From: a virus | Taxonomy: Duplodnaviria > Caudoviricetes | DNA length: 33,119 nt | Direction: 5' to 3' (one strand) | Virus record (IMG/VR): IMGVR_UViG_3300031949_000121 | Coordinates: 1 to 33,119 of that record | Shown: piece after piece, positions 16,664-23,607 of the stretch | Numbering within the stretch: the stretch's first letter is position 1 | How the letters are laid out: every line of letters starts with the position of its first letter | Notes under the pieces: generated by a model | Database searches by the model: none | Told to the model about the DNA's origin: nothing | The model's input: the letters and a program-made list of their open reading frames with translations, nothing else | Translations under genes and position numbers: made by a program

Positions 16664-16890
16664 ATGCCACCGCCCAGCTCCTTGCGCTTGCGTCGTCCCG
16701 CGCGCTCGGCCTTGCACTTCAGCTCCGGGGACAGCGAGGACTCGAGCCCGCCGCGCCTCACGTGGTCGATCACCGTCTCCAGCGCCATGTCCTCCTCGGC
16801 CCTCCGCAGATGGCGCCAGGCCACGTAGCCGGCCCAGGCCAGCGACAACGCCGCGATCACGAAGGCGCCGGAGACGAGATAGTCAGCCAT
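16654..16890 (-). CDS. Single-TM membrane protein
   Basis: 78 aa; N-terminal YLVSGAFVIAALSLAWAGYVAW; TGATG-coupled start. Confidence 0.6.
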   Translation of the reverse strand: MADYLVSGAFVIAALSLAWAGYVAWRHLRRAEEDMALETVIDHVRRGGLESSLSPELKCKAERAGRRKRKELGGGIWS

Positions 16891-17156
16891 CAGTGCGGCG
16901 CCGTGTTGCCAGTTACGGGCGGCGCGTCGGTGTGGATGCGCCCGCCTCGATAGTTCATGGCCGTGGGCGCCCCCGGGCGGCGCGGCTTGCCCGCCTTGGT
17001 CTCGACCACGAGGCCTCCGGGATCAACGCTCTCGGCCAGCGCACCGAAGGCCACGCAGATGCCGACCAACGACAGCCCGAGGATCACGCCGGCCACGAGC
17101 AGCACGCCGCACGCGATGGCCGCCAGCGCGCGGACGAGCCAGCGCAGCGCCGTCAC
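16890..17156 (-). CDS. Membrane protein
   Basis: Start GTG 17156 (GTGA overlap); long hydrophobic stretch LAAIACGVLLVAGVILGLSLVGICVAFGALA. Confidence 0.6.
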   Translation of the reverse strand: MTALRWLVRALAAIACGVLLVAGVILGLSLVGICVAFGALAESVDPGGLVVETKAGKPRRPGAPTAMNYRGGRIHTDAPPVTGNTAPH

Positions 17157-17410
17157 GCGGCGGGCCTCACCAGGCGGTCGGCTCGTCTCCGCCGTCTGGT
17201 CGCTGCCTTCCTCGCTCGGCGCCTGTCGCGCTCGACCGAGTCGGCCACCAGCCGCGCGGCGCTCGCGCTCGCCTCGTGGCGCGCGCCCTTCTTCAGCGTC
17301 CGCCACTCGGACCGGTAGTAGCCGCCGTGCTGCCACTCCGTGCGGCTCGGGCGGCGACCGTGACGCGCCTCGAACGCGGTGGCGAGCGCCCGGCAGCGGC
17401 GGCCGCTCAC
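17153..17410 (-). CDS. Hypothetical basic protein
   Basis: 85 aa from GTG 17410 (GTGA overlap); fills the gap between two coupled genes; Arg-rich. Confidence 0.45.
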   Translation of the reverse strand: MSGRRCRALATAFEARHGRRPSRTEWQHGGYYRSEWRTLKKGARHEASASAARLVADSVERDRRRARKAATRRRRRADRLVRPAA

Positions 17411-17562
17411 TTGCCGCCGATCTCCACGACGACCTTGATCTGCGTCGTCGCGTCGCCGGCGTTCTCGCGGATGAAGTCGCACACGTCGCTCGCTGCCGTG
17501 CGCGCGACCAGCTTCACCGGGAACTTCCCGCCTTGACGTCCGTACCGGAAGACTTTCTTCAT
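17407..17562 (-). CDS. Hypothetical small protein
   Basis: MKKVFRYGRQGGKFPVKLV...; GGGAGAG SD before ATG 17562; earlier in-frame starts exist. Confidence 0.55.
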   Translation of the reverse strand: MKKVFRYGRQGGKFPVKLVARTAASDVCDFIRENAGDATTQIKVVVEIGGK

Positions 17563-17640
17563 CAGTTTCTCTCCCATCGACCATTGCGGATCCACCCCGT
17601 GAAAGCCGCAGGCACGTGCAGGCCGAGCTAGCGCGCAAGG

Positions 17641-18510
17641 TCACCACGTCCTCTCGTTGCAGCCTTGCGTGCCTGCGAACGGCTTCCCCGTCGCTGGGTT
17701 GACGAGCGTCGGCGGCGGGCACGCGAGCATCTTCGTCGGCTGCCCAGGAATACGGCCCTCGAACTGCACACGGACCGAGTAGCCGTCATGCACCACGGGC
17801 GCCGGACCGGCGACTCCGAGGCGCTTGAAATCCGGGGGCGGCGTCGGGCAGCCGTTCGGCAGCTCGCATTCGCGGCGCACGTCCGTCGTGTACCAGCAGC
17901 ACGAGCTCTCGCCCGTAACGGGATCGTTCTCCTGCCGTTCGGTGCGCATCGTCCCGCCGAACCAGAGGACATCACCGGCCTGGACGTTGTGCCCCTTCTC
18001 CGCCCAGTCGAAGCAGCCAGGTAGCCCACTCTTGGCGTTGCGGCCGTGGCCCACGCACACGTCCTTGCCCTTGCGGATCACGCGTTCCCAGTAGATGCCT
18101 GCGTTCCACACGTGCGGGCAGCGCGTGAGGCACACGCCCCACGGACACGTGGTCTCACCGTGCAGCGGAGTCGTGGGCGCGAAGCAGCCGCCGGGCGGGC
18201 CGGGCGCCGGCGTCGGCGGAGGGATGCTCGGCTCCGGCGTCGGAGGCGCAGTTGGCGCCGGCGAGGGCAGGGTGGTCGGAGGAGGATCGGACGGTGGCGG
18301 GCTCGGCGGTGGCAAATCCGGCGGTGGAGTCGGGACCGGTGAACCAGGCGTGGACGGGCCCGGCTCCGGGGTCGGCACCGGCGAGGACGGAGGGCACGGG
18401 ATCACCGCGCCCGTGCTGAGATCGAAGCAGATCGCCGGCAGCGGGATCGGGCGGTCGCACGCGGCCGTGATGAGCAGGGCGAGGACGACGAGCGGCAGCG
18501 GGCGGCTCAC
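17641..18510 (-). CDS. Lipoprotein with Pro-rich stalk and Cys-rich C-terminal domain
   Basis: Start GTG 18510 (GTGA overlap); MSRPLPLVVLALLITAA-C lipobox; about 70 aa Pro/Thr/Ser linker; 12 Cys in the C-terminal domain. Confidence 0.7.
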   Translation of the reverse strand: MSRPLPLVVLALLITAACDRPIPLPAICFDLSTGAVIPCPPSSPVPTPEPGPSTPGSPVPTPPPDLPPPSPPPSDPPPTTLPSPAPTAPPTPEPSIPPPTPAPGPPGGCFAPTTPLHGETTCPWGVCLTRCPHVWNAGIYWERVIRKGKDVCVGHGRNAKSGLPGCFDWAEKGHNVQAGDVLWFGGTMRTERQENDPVTGESSCCWYTTDVRRECELPNGCPTPPPDFKRLGVAGPAPVVHDGYSVRVQFEGRIPGQPTKMLACPPPTLVNPATGKPFAGTQGCNERTW

Positions 18511-18710
18511 TTGAAGAGCGCCGCGCAATCGGCGCCGGTCCAAAAGAGATGGCCGGCGAGCACACCCGCCAGGAAGGGAACGACGGGGCGCTTCAGCGAC
18601 GCCCGCCACACCGACTCGCTCAGGGTGCCGCCCGGCCGTCTCATCGCGGCCCACACGTCGTAGCCGAGCGCCAGCACGATCAGCACGCCCCACGCCAGCT
18701 CTGGACTCAT
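18507..18710 (-). CDS. Holin-like small membrane protein
   Basis: 67 aa; two hydrophobic segments; coupled directly behind the endolysin. Confidence 0.55.
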   Translation of the reverse strand: MSPELAWGVLIVLALGYDVWAAMRRPGGTLSESVWRASLKRPVVPFLAGVLAGHLFWTGADCAALFK

Positions 18711-19210
18711 GCCGCTTTCGAAGCCTCCCAGATCGTTTCCAACACGCGCAGGCGCCAGCCGCGAAGGAACTGCTGCAGGCCGGGCCGGCTCTGCACCAGG
18801 GCTTCGTAGCGATCGAGCCGGCGTTCCATAAACAGCGCGACGGCGCGAGCGCCCGAGTGCCGCGCCGCAGTCAGCGTCTCTGGCCCGAGCACGCCGTCCA
18901 CGTCCACGCGCAGCGCCTCCTGCAGCATGCGCACGGCAGCGCTCACGCCCTGGTTGACTGCGCTGTCGAAGAGGCAGAGGGCCAGCGCAGCCGGCAGCTC
19001 ATCGCCGCGAATCGCCGTCCAGTAGGAGACGCGGTAGATTTCCCGCGCCTGCTCCGGCGTCAGGTTGATTACGTCCACGTCCGGGTGCGCACGCTGGGAG
19101 ATCCCGTACTTGGTGATCTGGCCGGGGTCTGAGCGATTGACGGAGAGCCCACCCTCGTGCTTGAGCACTGAAGCGACGGCGGCCTCGAAGGCGGAAGTCG
19201 GGAGAGTCAC
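18707..19210 (-). CDS. Endolysin, glycoside hydrolase family 108 with peptidoglycan-binding region
   Basis: VLKHEGG...DPG..TKYGIS, IY..SYW, LFDSAVNQG, LQEAL.V.VDGVLGPETL, FLRGW; start GTG 19210. Confidence 0.93.
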   Translation of the reverse strand: MTLPTSAFEAAVASVLKHEGGLSVNRSDPGQITKYGISQRAHPDVDVINLTPEQAREIYRVSYWTAIRGDELPAALALCLFDSAVNQGVSAAVRMLQEALRVDVDGVLGPETLTAARHSGARAVALFMERRLDRYEALVQSRPGLQQFLRGWRLRVLETIWEASKAA

Positions 19211-19581
19211 GCAGCGATCTCCCGGCCTGCGTTCCGCGACGAGAGGATCTCGTCTACCTTCTCGGCCTTCACCACCAGGAAGGGGCGAAGCGCAAGAAGG
19301 AAGCTCTGGGCTGTGGTGTTCGTGACGACGAACTGGTAGCAGTCCCTGAGCGCCCGCTTGTGGGCGCCAGCTCGGTAGCTCAAGCCGACCCAGCCGTAGC
19401 CGAAGATCTCCTTGACCTTGTCTAAACAGCGTCGGTCGGTGTTGTGGATCCTGGCGACCACTCGGAGGTATCGCGCACCATTCTTCGTCGCTCTGTATGG
19501 CTGAATCCGGCAGTCGCCTTCGCCGTCGAACAGACCCGCGACGTAGGCGATCTCCGTCGAGTCCGACCGGCGCGTCGCCAT
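19207..19581 (-). CDS. Single-motif LAGLIDADG homing endonuclease-like protein, free-standing
   Basis: IAYVAGLFDGEG motif, I.NTD...L..VKEIFG.G and FL..LRPFLVVK C-terminal pattern; 124 aa. Confidence 0.88.
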   Translation of the reverse strand: MATRRSDSTEIAYVAGLFDGEGDCRIQPYRATKNGARYLRVVARIHNTDRRCLDKVKEIFGYGWVGLSYRAGAHKRALRDCYQFVVTNTTAQSFLLALRPFLVVKAEKVDEILSSRNAGREIAA

Positions 19582-19621
19582 TTCGCCCCCCCGCATCACG
19601 CGCGGCCCCCCTCCAGAACGC

Positions 19622-19670
19622 AAAAAGGCCGGGTCGGCTGCCGTGGGACGCCAGCAGCTTTCCCGGCCTC
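19622..19670 (-). terminator. Intrinsic terminator-like hairpin (tR'-like)
   Basis: AGGCCGGG...CCCGGCCT stem with an inner GCTGC/GCAGC helix, running into TTTTG on the minus strand. Confidence 0.65.
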
Positions 19671-19747
19671 ATCCGAACCGGTTGGGACAACCCGGCTCGT
19701 CAGCCCGCGCCCTCTTTCGCTGGGGCGCTAGTTCCTAATCGTCAAGA

Positions 19748-19777
19748 ATGGTGCGCCTACTTGCCGCCTTACGTCAA
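19748..19777 (-). promoter_or_regulatory. Candidate sigma70-type late promoter (pR'-like)
   Basis: TTGACG-18 nt-CACCAT on the minus strand at the early/late boundary; the -10 element is imperfect. Confidence 0.5.
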
Positions 19778-19865
19778 GGACTTCTCCCGCGTCTCCCGGC
19801 CCATCCGGGCGAACGCGCGCCCGAGCGCGTCAGCGGCGGCCACGGCTTCTGAAAAGCGACCTGGC

Positions 19866-20078
19866 TCATAACCTGGCTGTATAGCTGTGCATCACCTTCC
19901 ACTCTACCACTCGGCCCTCCTCGTTGGTCCGGTAGTGGATCTCCTCCTCGACCTCGCGGTGCGTGTCGCGGATCTGTTCCAGCCGACGCACGAGCGCGCC
20001 AAGACCATCCGCCGGCAGCAGCGCCTCCAGGCGCTCGGCCATCGAGGGGCGGCGCGCTGGCTGGGGGGCGACGGTCAG
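19866..20078 (-). CDS. Small hypothetical protein missing from the ORF track (start CTG 20078 or ATG 20042)
   Basis: Hand translation from ATG 20042: MAERLEALLPADGLGALVRRLEQIRDTHREVEEEIHYRTNEEGRVVEWKVMHSYTARL*; GC3-rich codons. Confidence 0.6.
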   Translation of the reverse strand: MTVAPQPARRPSMAERLEALLPADGLGALVRRLEQIRDTHREVEEEIHYRTNEEGRVVEWKVMHSYTARL

Positions 20079-20341
20079 GGCTTCGGCTCCGCTGGGAGGC
20101 CTACGATGGCCGCACGCACCGCATCAAATAGTCCACGGGCCGTCATTGCGCACCAAACCTGCGTGCCCCCTTCGCCAAATGGCTTCAGGCTGGCACACAC
20201 CAAGCCCTCGGTCACTCCTTCCATGTACAAGTAGATGGTCCCGTAGTTGGTCTGAAGTTTCGTGTCGCCGCCGGCGACGAGTTGCTTGAACTCCTCATAG
20301 AATCCCACCGTCGCTGCCGGAACGTCATTCACTACGTTCAT
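20075..20341 (-). CDS. Hypothetical protein (lower GC than neighbours)
   Basis: 88 aa from ATG 20341 with GAGGGGG SD. Confidence 0.6.
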   Translation of the reverse strand: MNVVNDVPAATVGFYEEFKQLVAGGDTKLQTNYGTIYLYMEGVTEGLVCASLKPFGEGGTQVWCAMTARGLFDAVRAAIVGLPAEPKP

Positions 20342-20411
20342 GTGTCCTACCCCCTCAGATTCAGTCTGAGGTGGTTCCTCCGAAGGTGCAATTCCCGGCG
20401 CGTGGACGTGT

Positions 20412-22148
20412 TCACACTGCGCCCTGGAACAGCTGATCCGATGCTCGCACCTCACCGCGGCCGACGTCGACGACGAGCTGTCGCGCGCGCAGCCGTTGGA
20501 GATACGTGTCCCGACTCGAGCGCTGGTACCCAGTGGCCTCGTCCAGGCGCCCGCGCTCAATGGCGCGCGGGTACGCGTCGGTCAGCGCGGAGAGGACGCG
20601 CCGCTCTCCCTCGGGGAGCTTGTGCATCCAGTAGTGGCGCAGCGCGTCGCCACTCGGCAGCGGTTCGAAGTCCGGGCCCAGCGTCGCCAAGCCCGCATCG
20701 GTGGCGAAGATCAGCTCGCCCCGGAACTCGGCCAGCCCCGCCGCTCGCAGCCGCTGCAGATACGTATCGCGGCTCGAGCGCTTATAGCCGGTCAGCACGG
20801 TGATCTGCTCCCGGGTGACGCCGCCTACGTGCTGGGCGATCGCCACCAGGACGCGGCGCTCGCCGGCGCCGAGGGTGCCCCCTCCCGCCTCGCCACGCGG
20901 CACCGGGCGCGTTTCCGCGGCGCGCACGGGGCTCGCGGACCGGGGCGGCGCGGCCGGGGGTTGGGCCGGCGTCGCCAGCCTCGCGCGGATAGCTGCCGAG
21001 ATCTCCGCGGCAAGGTTCCGGATCTCCCGCTCCGTGCCCGTGAAGGCCTGGGCCCATTTCCCGAGCTGGACCATGGCGCGGTCGATCCGACCCGCGGCGG
21101 CCTCGAGACGCTTCACCTGGACGTCCTTCAGCGCCGGGACCTCGACGCGCCTCTCATTCGCTGGCGCCGCAGCGGGCTTCGCCTTCAGATCGCGCTCGAG
21201 CTCGGCAATCCGCCGGCGCAGCTCGCGGGGATCCTCGGCCTTCGCCCGCTGGATCGTCGCCGCCATCTTGGCGCGCAGGCGCTCGAGGTCGACGACCGCC
21301 AGCGCCTTTGGCTCCGTGCGCTGCTCTCCGTGTTTCGGAGTCGCCGAGGAATCGAACGTCTCGCGCGGAAGGATCTGCACCCGCTTCAGCCCAATCGGGT
21401 CGTCCTCTGGGAACTCCGGGGCCCAGACGAAAGCCTCGCCGGTCTTCAGCGTCGCGAGCTCGCCGAGAATCTCCTCGCTCTGCTGGCGGTACTTGATCCA
21501 TTGGCGCACCGCTTCGACGTCCTGCGGGCCGATCGTCCGGTGCACGACAAGGATCTCTGACTGCGTCGTGATGTCCTTCGAGAGGGACGCGGGTCTCTGG
21601 GTGATCGCGGTGCCGCCGATCCCCGACGAGCGGCCCAACTTCCAGAGCCGCTTGAAGGCGCCGAGCATGTTCTCGGCCTTCTCTCCTCGCGGCGGCGACT
21701 GCGGCGCAAGCTCGTGCGCTTCCTCGAGCACTAGGTGGAGGACGCCGCCGCTCCATTTCTGGTAGAGCGTCTGCGCGAAGTCCACCATGAACTGGCTGCG
21801 CGCCACGCCGGAGAGGTGCTTGCACGAGAGCACCATCGATACCCGGTGCTCGCAGAGCACGTCTGCGATCATGGCGCCGCCGTGAACCTCGAGAGGCAGG
21901 TCAGCGTGGCGGCCGCCGAAGACATACACGTCGTGGCCCGCGCCGTTCCCGTCGCGCGAAGCCTTCAGGCCCCACCAAGTGTCGGCGATGTCCAGCACGA
22001 CGACCGGCACCTTGGCATTGAGGAGCTGCTCGACCAGGCGCGCGGCCGTCGTGCTCTTGCCGCTCCCCCGCTTCCCCACGACCAGGAACGTCTGTGTCGC
22101 GGCGTCCACGGGAAGCGCGAGCGACGACGACAGGCGCAACCGCTTCAT
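20412..22148 (-). CDS. HerA/FtsK-superfamily ATPase (DUF87-like) with two C-terminal winged-helix repeats
   Basis: GKRGSGKS Walker A, LVLEEAH Walker B, GRSSG arginine finger, ITQRP; start ATG 22148 (ATGA overlap). Confidence 0.88.
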   Translation of the reverse strand: MKRLRLSSSLALPVDAATQTFLVVGKRGSGKSTTAARLVEQLLNAKVPVVVLDIADTWWGLKASRDGNGAGHDVYVFGGRHADLPLEVHGGAMIADVLCEHRVSMVLSCKHLSGVARSQFMVDFAQTLYQKWSGGVLHLVLEEAHELAPQSPPRGEKAENMLGAFKRLWKLGRSSGIGGTAITQRPASLSKDITTQSEILVVHRTIGPQDVEAVRQWIKYRQQSEEILGELATLKTGEAFVWAPEFPEDDPIGLKRVQILPRETFDSSATPKHGEQRTEPKALAVVDLERLRAKMAATIQRAKAEDPRELRRRIAELERDLKAKPAAAPANERRVEVPALKDVQVKRLEAAAGRIDRAMVQLGKWAQAFTGTEREIRNLAAEISAAIRARLATPAQPPAAPPRSASPVRAAETRPVPRGEAGGGTLGAGERRVLVAIAQHVGGVTREQITVLTGYKRSSRDTYLQRLRAAGLAEFRGELIFATDAGLATLGPDFEPLPSGDALRHYWMHKLPEGERRVLSALTDAYPRAIERGRLDEATGYQRSSRDTYLQRLRARQLVVDVGRGEVRASDQLFQGAV

Positions 22149-22654
22149 GATGCCCGCTTCCTCGGGGCTGGAATCGGCTTGGGCTTGGTCTGCCGACCGA
22201 ACACGATCGGCACCTCCTTCCAGCCGGCCTTGATCGCCTCGGCGAGGCTCGCCTTCCACCTGGTGCGCGCGTCGGGTTCCGTCGCTGTGGTGATGCTGAC
22301 GCCGGTCGCCGACTTCTTCCCGTCCCGCAACATCCAGCGGATCCGGAAGGGATCGCCGCCGAACCGGGGTCGCTCGCGGCGCAGCCACAGAAACAGCACC
22401 AGGCCGGCCGCGTCGGTGAACTTCAGCCGGTCGAGCGTCGCCTTCTCCGGCTCCTTCACCTCGACCTTCTCGTTCACCATCGCCGTCTCTACCTTCTCTC
22501 GATCGACCTCTGAGACGGCGAGCCCCTTGCTGCGGTCAACGATCTTCCACGTCTGGACGGTGTGTCGCTTTGGACAGAGCAGACTGTCGCCGATCCCGGG
22601 CTTGAGCTCGAGCCCATGATCGCGGCACACCCGGACGAAGCGCTCTTTGGCCAT
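22145..22654 (-). CDS. Hypothetical protein, possible N-terminal Zn site
   Basis: 169 aa; CRDH...CPKRH; coupled to the HerA-like gene. Confidence 0.65.
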   Translation of the reverse strand: MAKERFVRVCRDHGLELKPGIGDSLLCPKRHTVQTWKIVDRSKGLAVSEVDREKVETAMVNEKVEVKEPEKATLDRLKFTDAAGLVLFLWLRRERPRFGGDPFRIRWMLRDGKKSATGVSITTATEPDARTRWKASLAEAIKAGWKEVPIVFGRQTKPKPIPAPRKRAS

Positions 22655-22655
22655 G

Positions 22656-23066
22656 TCAGGCCGATGCCTCGGAGCCCTTGCCCTTCCCGTCCGCCGGCGG
22701 CGTGACGCCGGCGCGCTTCGCGAGCTCGGCCAGGCCTTTCGCGGTCTGGTCCTTCGACGGCGAATGCGTCGCGCCGTCGGCGAACAGGTCGCCCTGCTTG
22801 ACCTGCTCCTCGCCGTGGAGGATCTGCTCGTGCAGCAACTCGAGTTCGTTGTTCAGATCCTTCAGCTCGCCGTTGATCTCCCGCGTCACAGACCGACGCC
22901 TCTTCTCGAGCGCGAGCTTCTGGCCGAACTTGAGCTGGAATCGCCCGCGGCGCTCGTTGATCTCCGTGTCGTCGAGCTTTCGCCCGACGAGCGCTTCCAT
23001 GCTGGTCTTGCTCGGCGGCTTGCCCTTGCCCTTCGGCTTCTTCCCGAAGAGCTTTTTGTCCCTCAT
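22656..23066 (-). CDS. Hypothetical coiled-coil protein with QGDLF motif
   Basis: AGGAGG SD before ATG 23066; Lys-rich N-terminus and central coiled coil. Confidence 0.7.
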   Translation of the reverse strand: MRDKKLFGKKPKGKGKPPSKTSMEALVGRKLDDTEINERRGRFQLKFGQKLALEKRRRSVTREINGELKDLNNELELLHEQILHGEEQVKQGDLFADGATHSPSKDQTAKGLAELAKRAGVTPPADGKGKGSEASA

Positions 23067-23142
23067 TCGCGTTCCTCCTTGCTCCTGTATTTCGCCTGCA
23101 GAGAACAGGCCCGACCCCATCGCCACCAACGACGAGGCGCGC

Positions 23143-23607
23143 TCACGCCTTGACCGCGGCCACCTCGTCCTCGGCCACGATCTCCAGCGCCTGGGCGCGC
23201 AGGATGTCCACGCGCTCGACGCCAGCGACCACCACGGCGGCCGGCTCGATGTACGGCGCCGGCGCCGTTAGCCGCGGCACGCTGGCGACGGCAGCCTTGA
23301 CCAGCTCGAGCCCACGTCTCGCCATCGCGCGGTCCTCCTCGCGCTCCTCGGGCGTGCGCCGCTCCGGAAGCAGTCCGACGACGGGCGGTCGCCACGCCCC
23401 CGCGTAGTCAAGCAGCGACGCGATCGTTGGGAACCAGCGCTCGTGTCGTACGGCCTCCCGCACAGCGTGCAGCCAGGGCGCGTCCGCGAGCTCGTCCAGG
23501 TGCTCGCGGTATAGCCCTGCACGATCGGCCTTGATCTGCGGATCGCTCACCGCGTCCGGCAAGAACGCCAGCTGCCGCATACCCTCGACCCACGCCGCGT
23601 CCGTCAT
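23143..23607 (-). CDS. Replication protein, helicase loader/inhibitor-like (lambda P or G39P-like)
   Basis: Y..HL.EL....WL.AV..A...RWFPTIASL pattern; directly downstream of the initiator; start ATG 23607. Confidence 0.6.
   Translation of the reverse strand: MTDAAWVEGMRQLAFLPDAVSDPQIKADRAGLYREHLDELADAPWLHAVREAVRHERWFPTIASLLDYAGAWRPPVVGLLPERRTPEEREEDRAMARRGLELVKAAVASVPRLTAPAPYIEPAAVVVAGVERVDILRAQALEIVAEDEVAAVKA

Noticed and set aside
17545-17575. CTGATGA near GAAA on the minus strand as a hammerhead ribozyme core
   Set aside because: No stem II followed by GAAA in the required order; the motif coincides with a start codon.
19690-19730. GCGAAAG...CTGACGAG in the late leader as a hammerhead ribozyme or c-di-GMP-I riboswitch
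   Set aside because: Only 11 nt separate GAAA and CTGACGA, too few for stems III and I plus a cleavage site; the GCAAA elements of the c-di-GMP-I motif are absent. An Rfam search would settle it.
19207-19740. Group I intron or intein hosting the LAGLIDADG ORF
   Set aside because: No interrupted gene on either side, the endolysin is complete, and no intein Cys/His-Asn ends or intron core elements were recognised.
19774-19869. 31-codon ORF MSQVAFQKPWPPLTRSGARSPGWAGRRGRSP coupled to the small upstream gene
   Set aside because: Too short, no motif, and it ends inside the promoter -35 element; not supportable as a gene.
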